A DNA stretch of 64,000 bases, taken from assembly GCF_048593235.1 (NCBI RefSeq), contig NC_133618.1:930001-994000 (forward strand), read 5' to 3'. Shown one piece after another: positions 63,675 to 64,000 of this stretch. Source of the DNA: Sminthopsis crassicaudata. Taxonomy: Eukaryota. A model generated the notes under the pieces. That model saw nothing but the letters and a program-made list of their open reading frames with translations, did no database searches and was not told the origin of the DNA. Each line of letters starts with the position of its first letter. The stretch's first letter is position 1. Made by a program: the position numbers and the translations under genes.

Positions 63675-64000
63675 CTGGGGAGGGAGGAGGCAGAATGAGC
63701 GAGGGGCGGTTCCAGCCCTTCCTTCCCCAGGTCCTGGCCCAGCTCTGTGAAATCCGCCCCCACGCTCTGAGATTTCCCACTCGTGTTCGCTCCACTGTCC
63801 CTGGGTTATTCCCGGTCCCCATCCTGTCTACACTGCCCGCACCGGGCCCGGCCCACAGCAGGTGCTCGTGAACGGGAAACCGAGTGGAGACGGCCGCCCT
63901 GCTTGGGGTTTATGAAGTGTTTGTTGCTGACTGCACCCGGCCCGCTCCTGCCAGGGTCACGGGACTTCTTCCCGCGCCCTACACGCCAGGCCTTGCTCTG

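Overview
This is eukaryotic, GC-rich genomic DNA, most likely from a marsupial. The CORE-SINE and short L1 3' ends resemble Australian dasyurid-type repeats; the species call is inference. The window is syntenic with human 2p23.3 but reversed and much more compact. Gene order is PFN4(+), TP53I3(+), SF3B6(+), FKBP1B(-), WDCP(+), MFSD2B(-), then the last exon of UBXN2A(-). I built exon chains by hand from splice signals and remembered orthologue sequences. All close in frame except MFSD2B, which is 1 nt short at the exon 5/6 junction. Other content: a decayed GAPDH retrocopy, L1/L2/L3/SINE remnants, four minisatellites and a 590-nt N gap. I see no prokaryote-type system (no CRISPR, no operon) and cannot claim a new biological system. 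The best leads are: an orphan ETS-CRE promoter with a strong splice donor between two gene 3' ends; the MFSD2B frame break with possible splice rescue; a G-rich minisatellite directly behind a TP53I3 poly(A) signal that overlaps the stop codon; L2 remnants seeding three minisatellites; a GC-AG intron in TP53I3; and pervasive GC enrichment of old repeats. Human comparisons and repeat consensus matches are from memory, not from searches.
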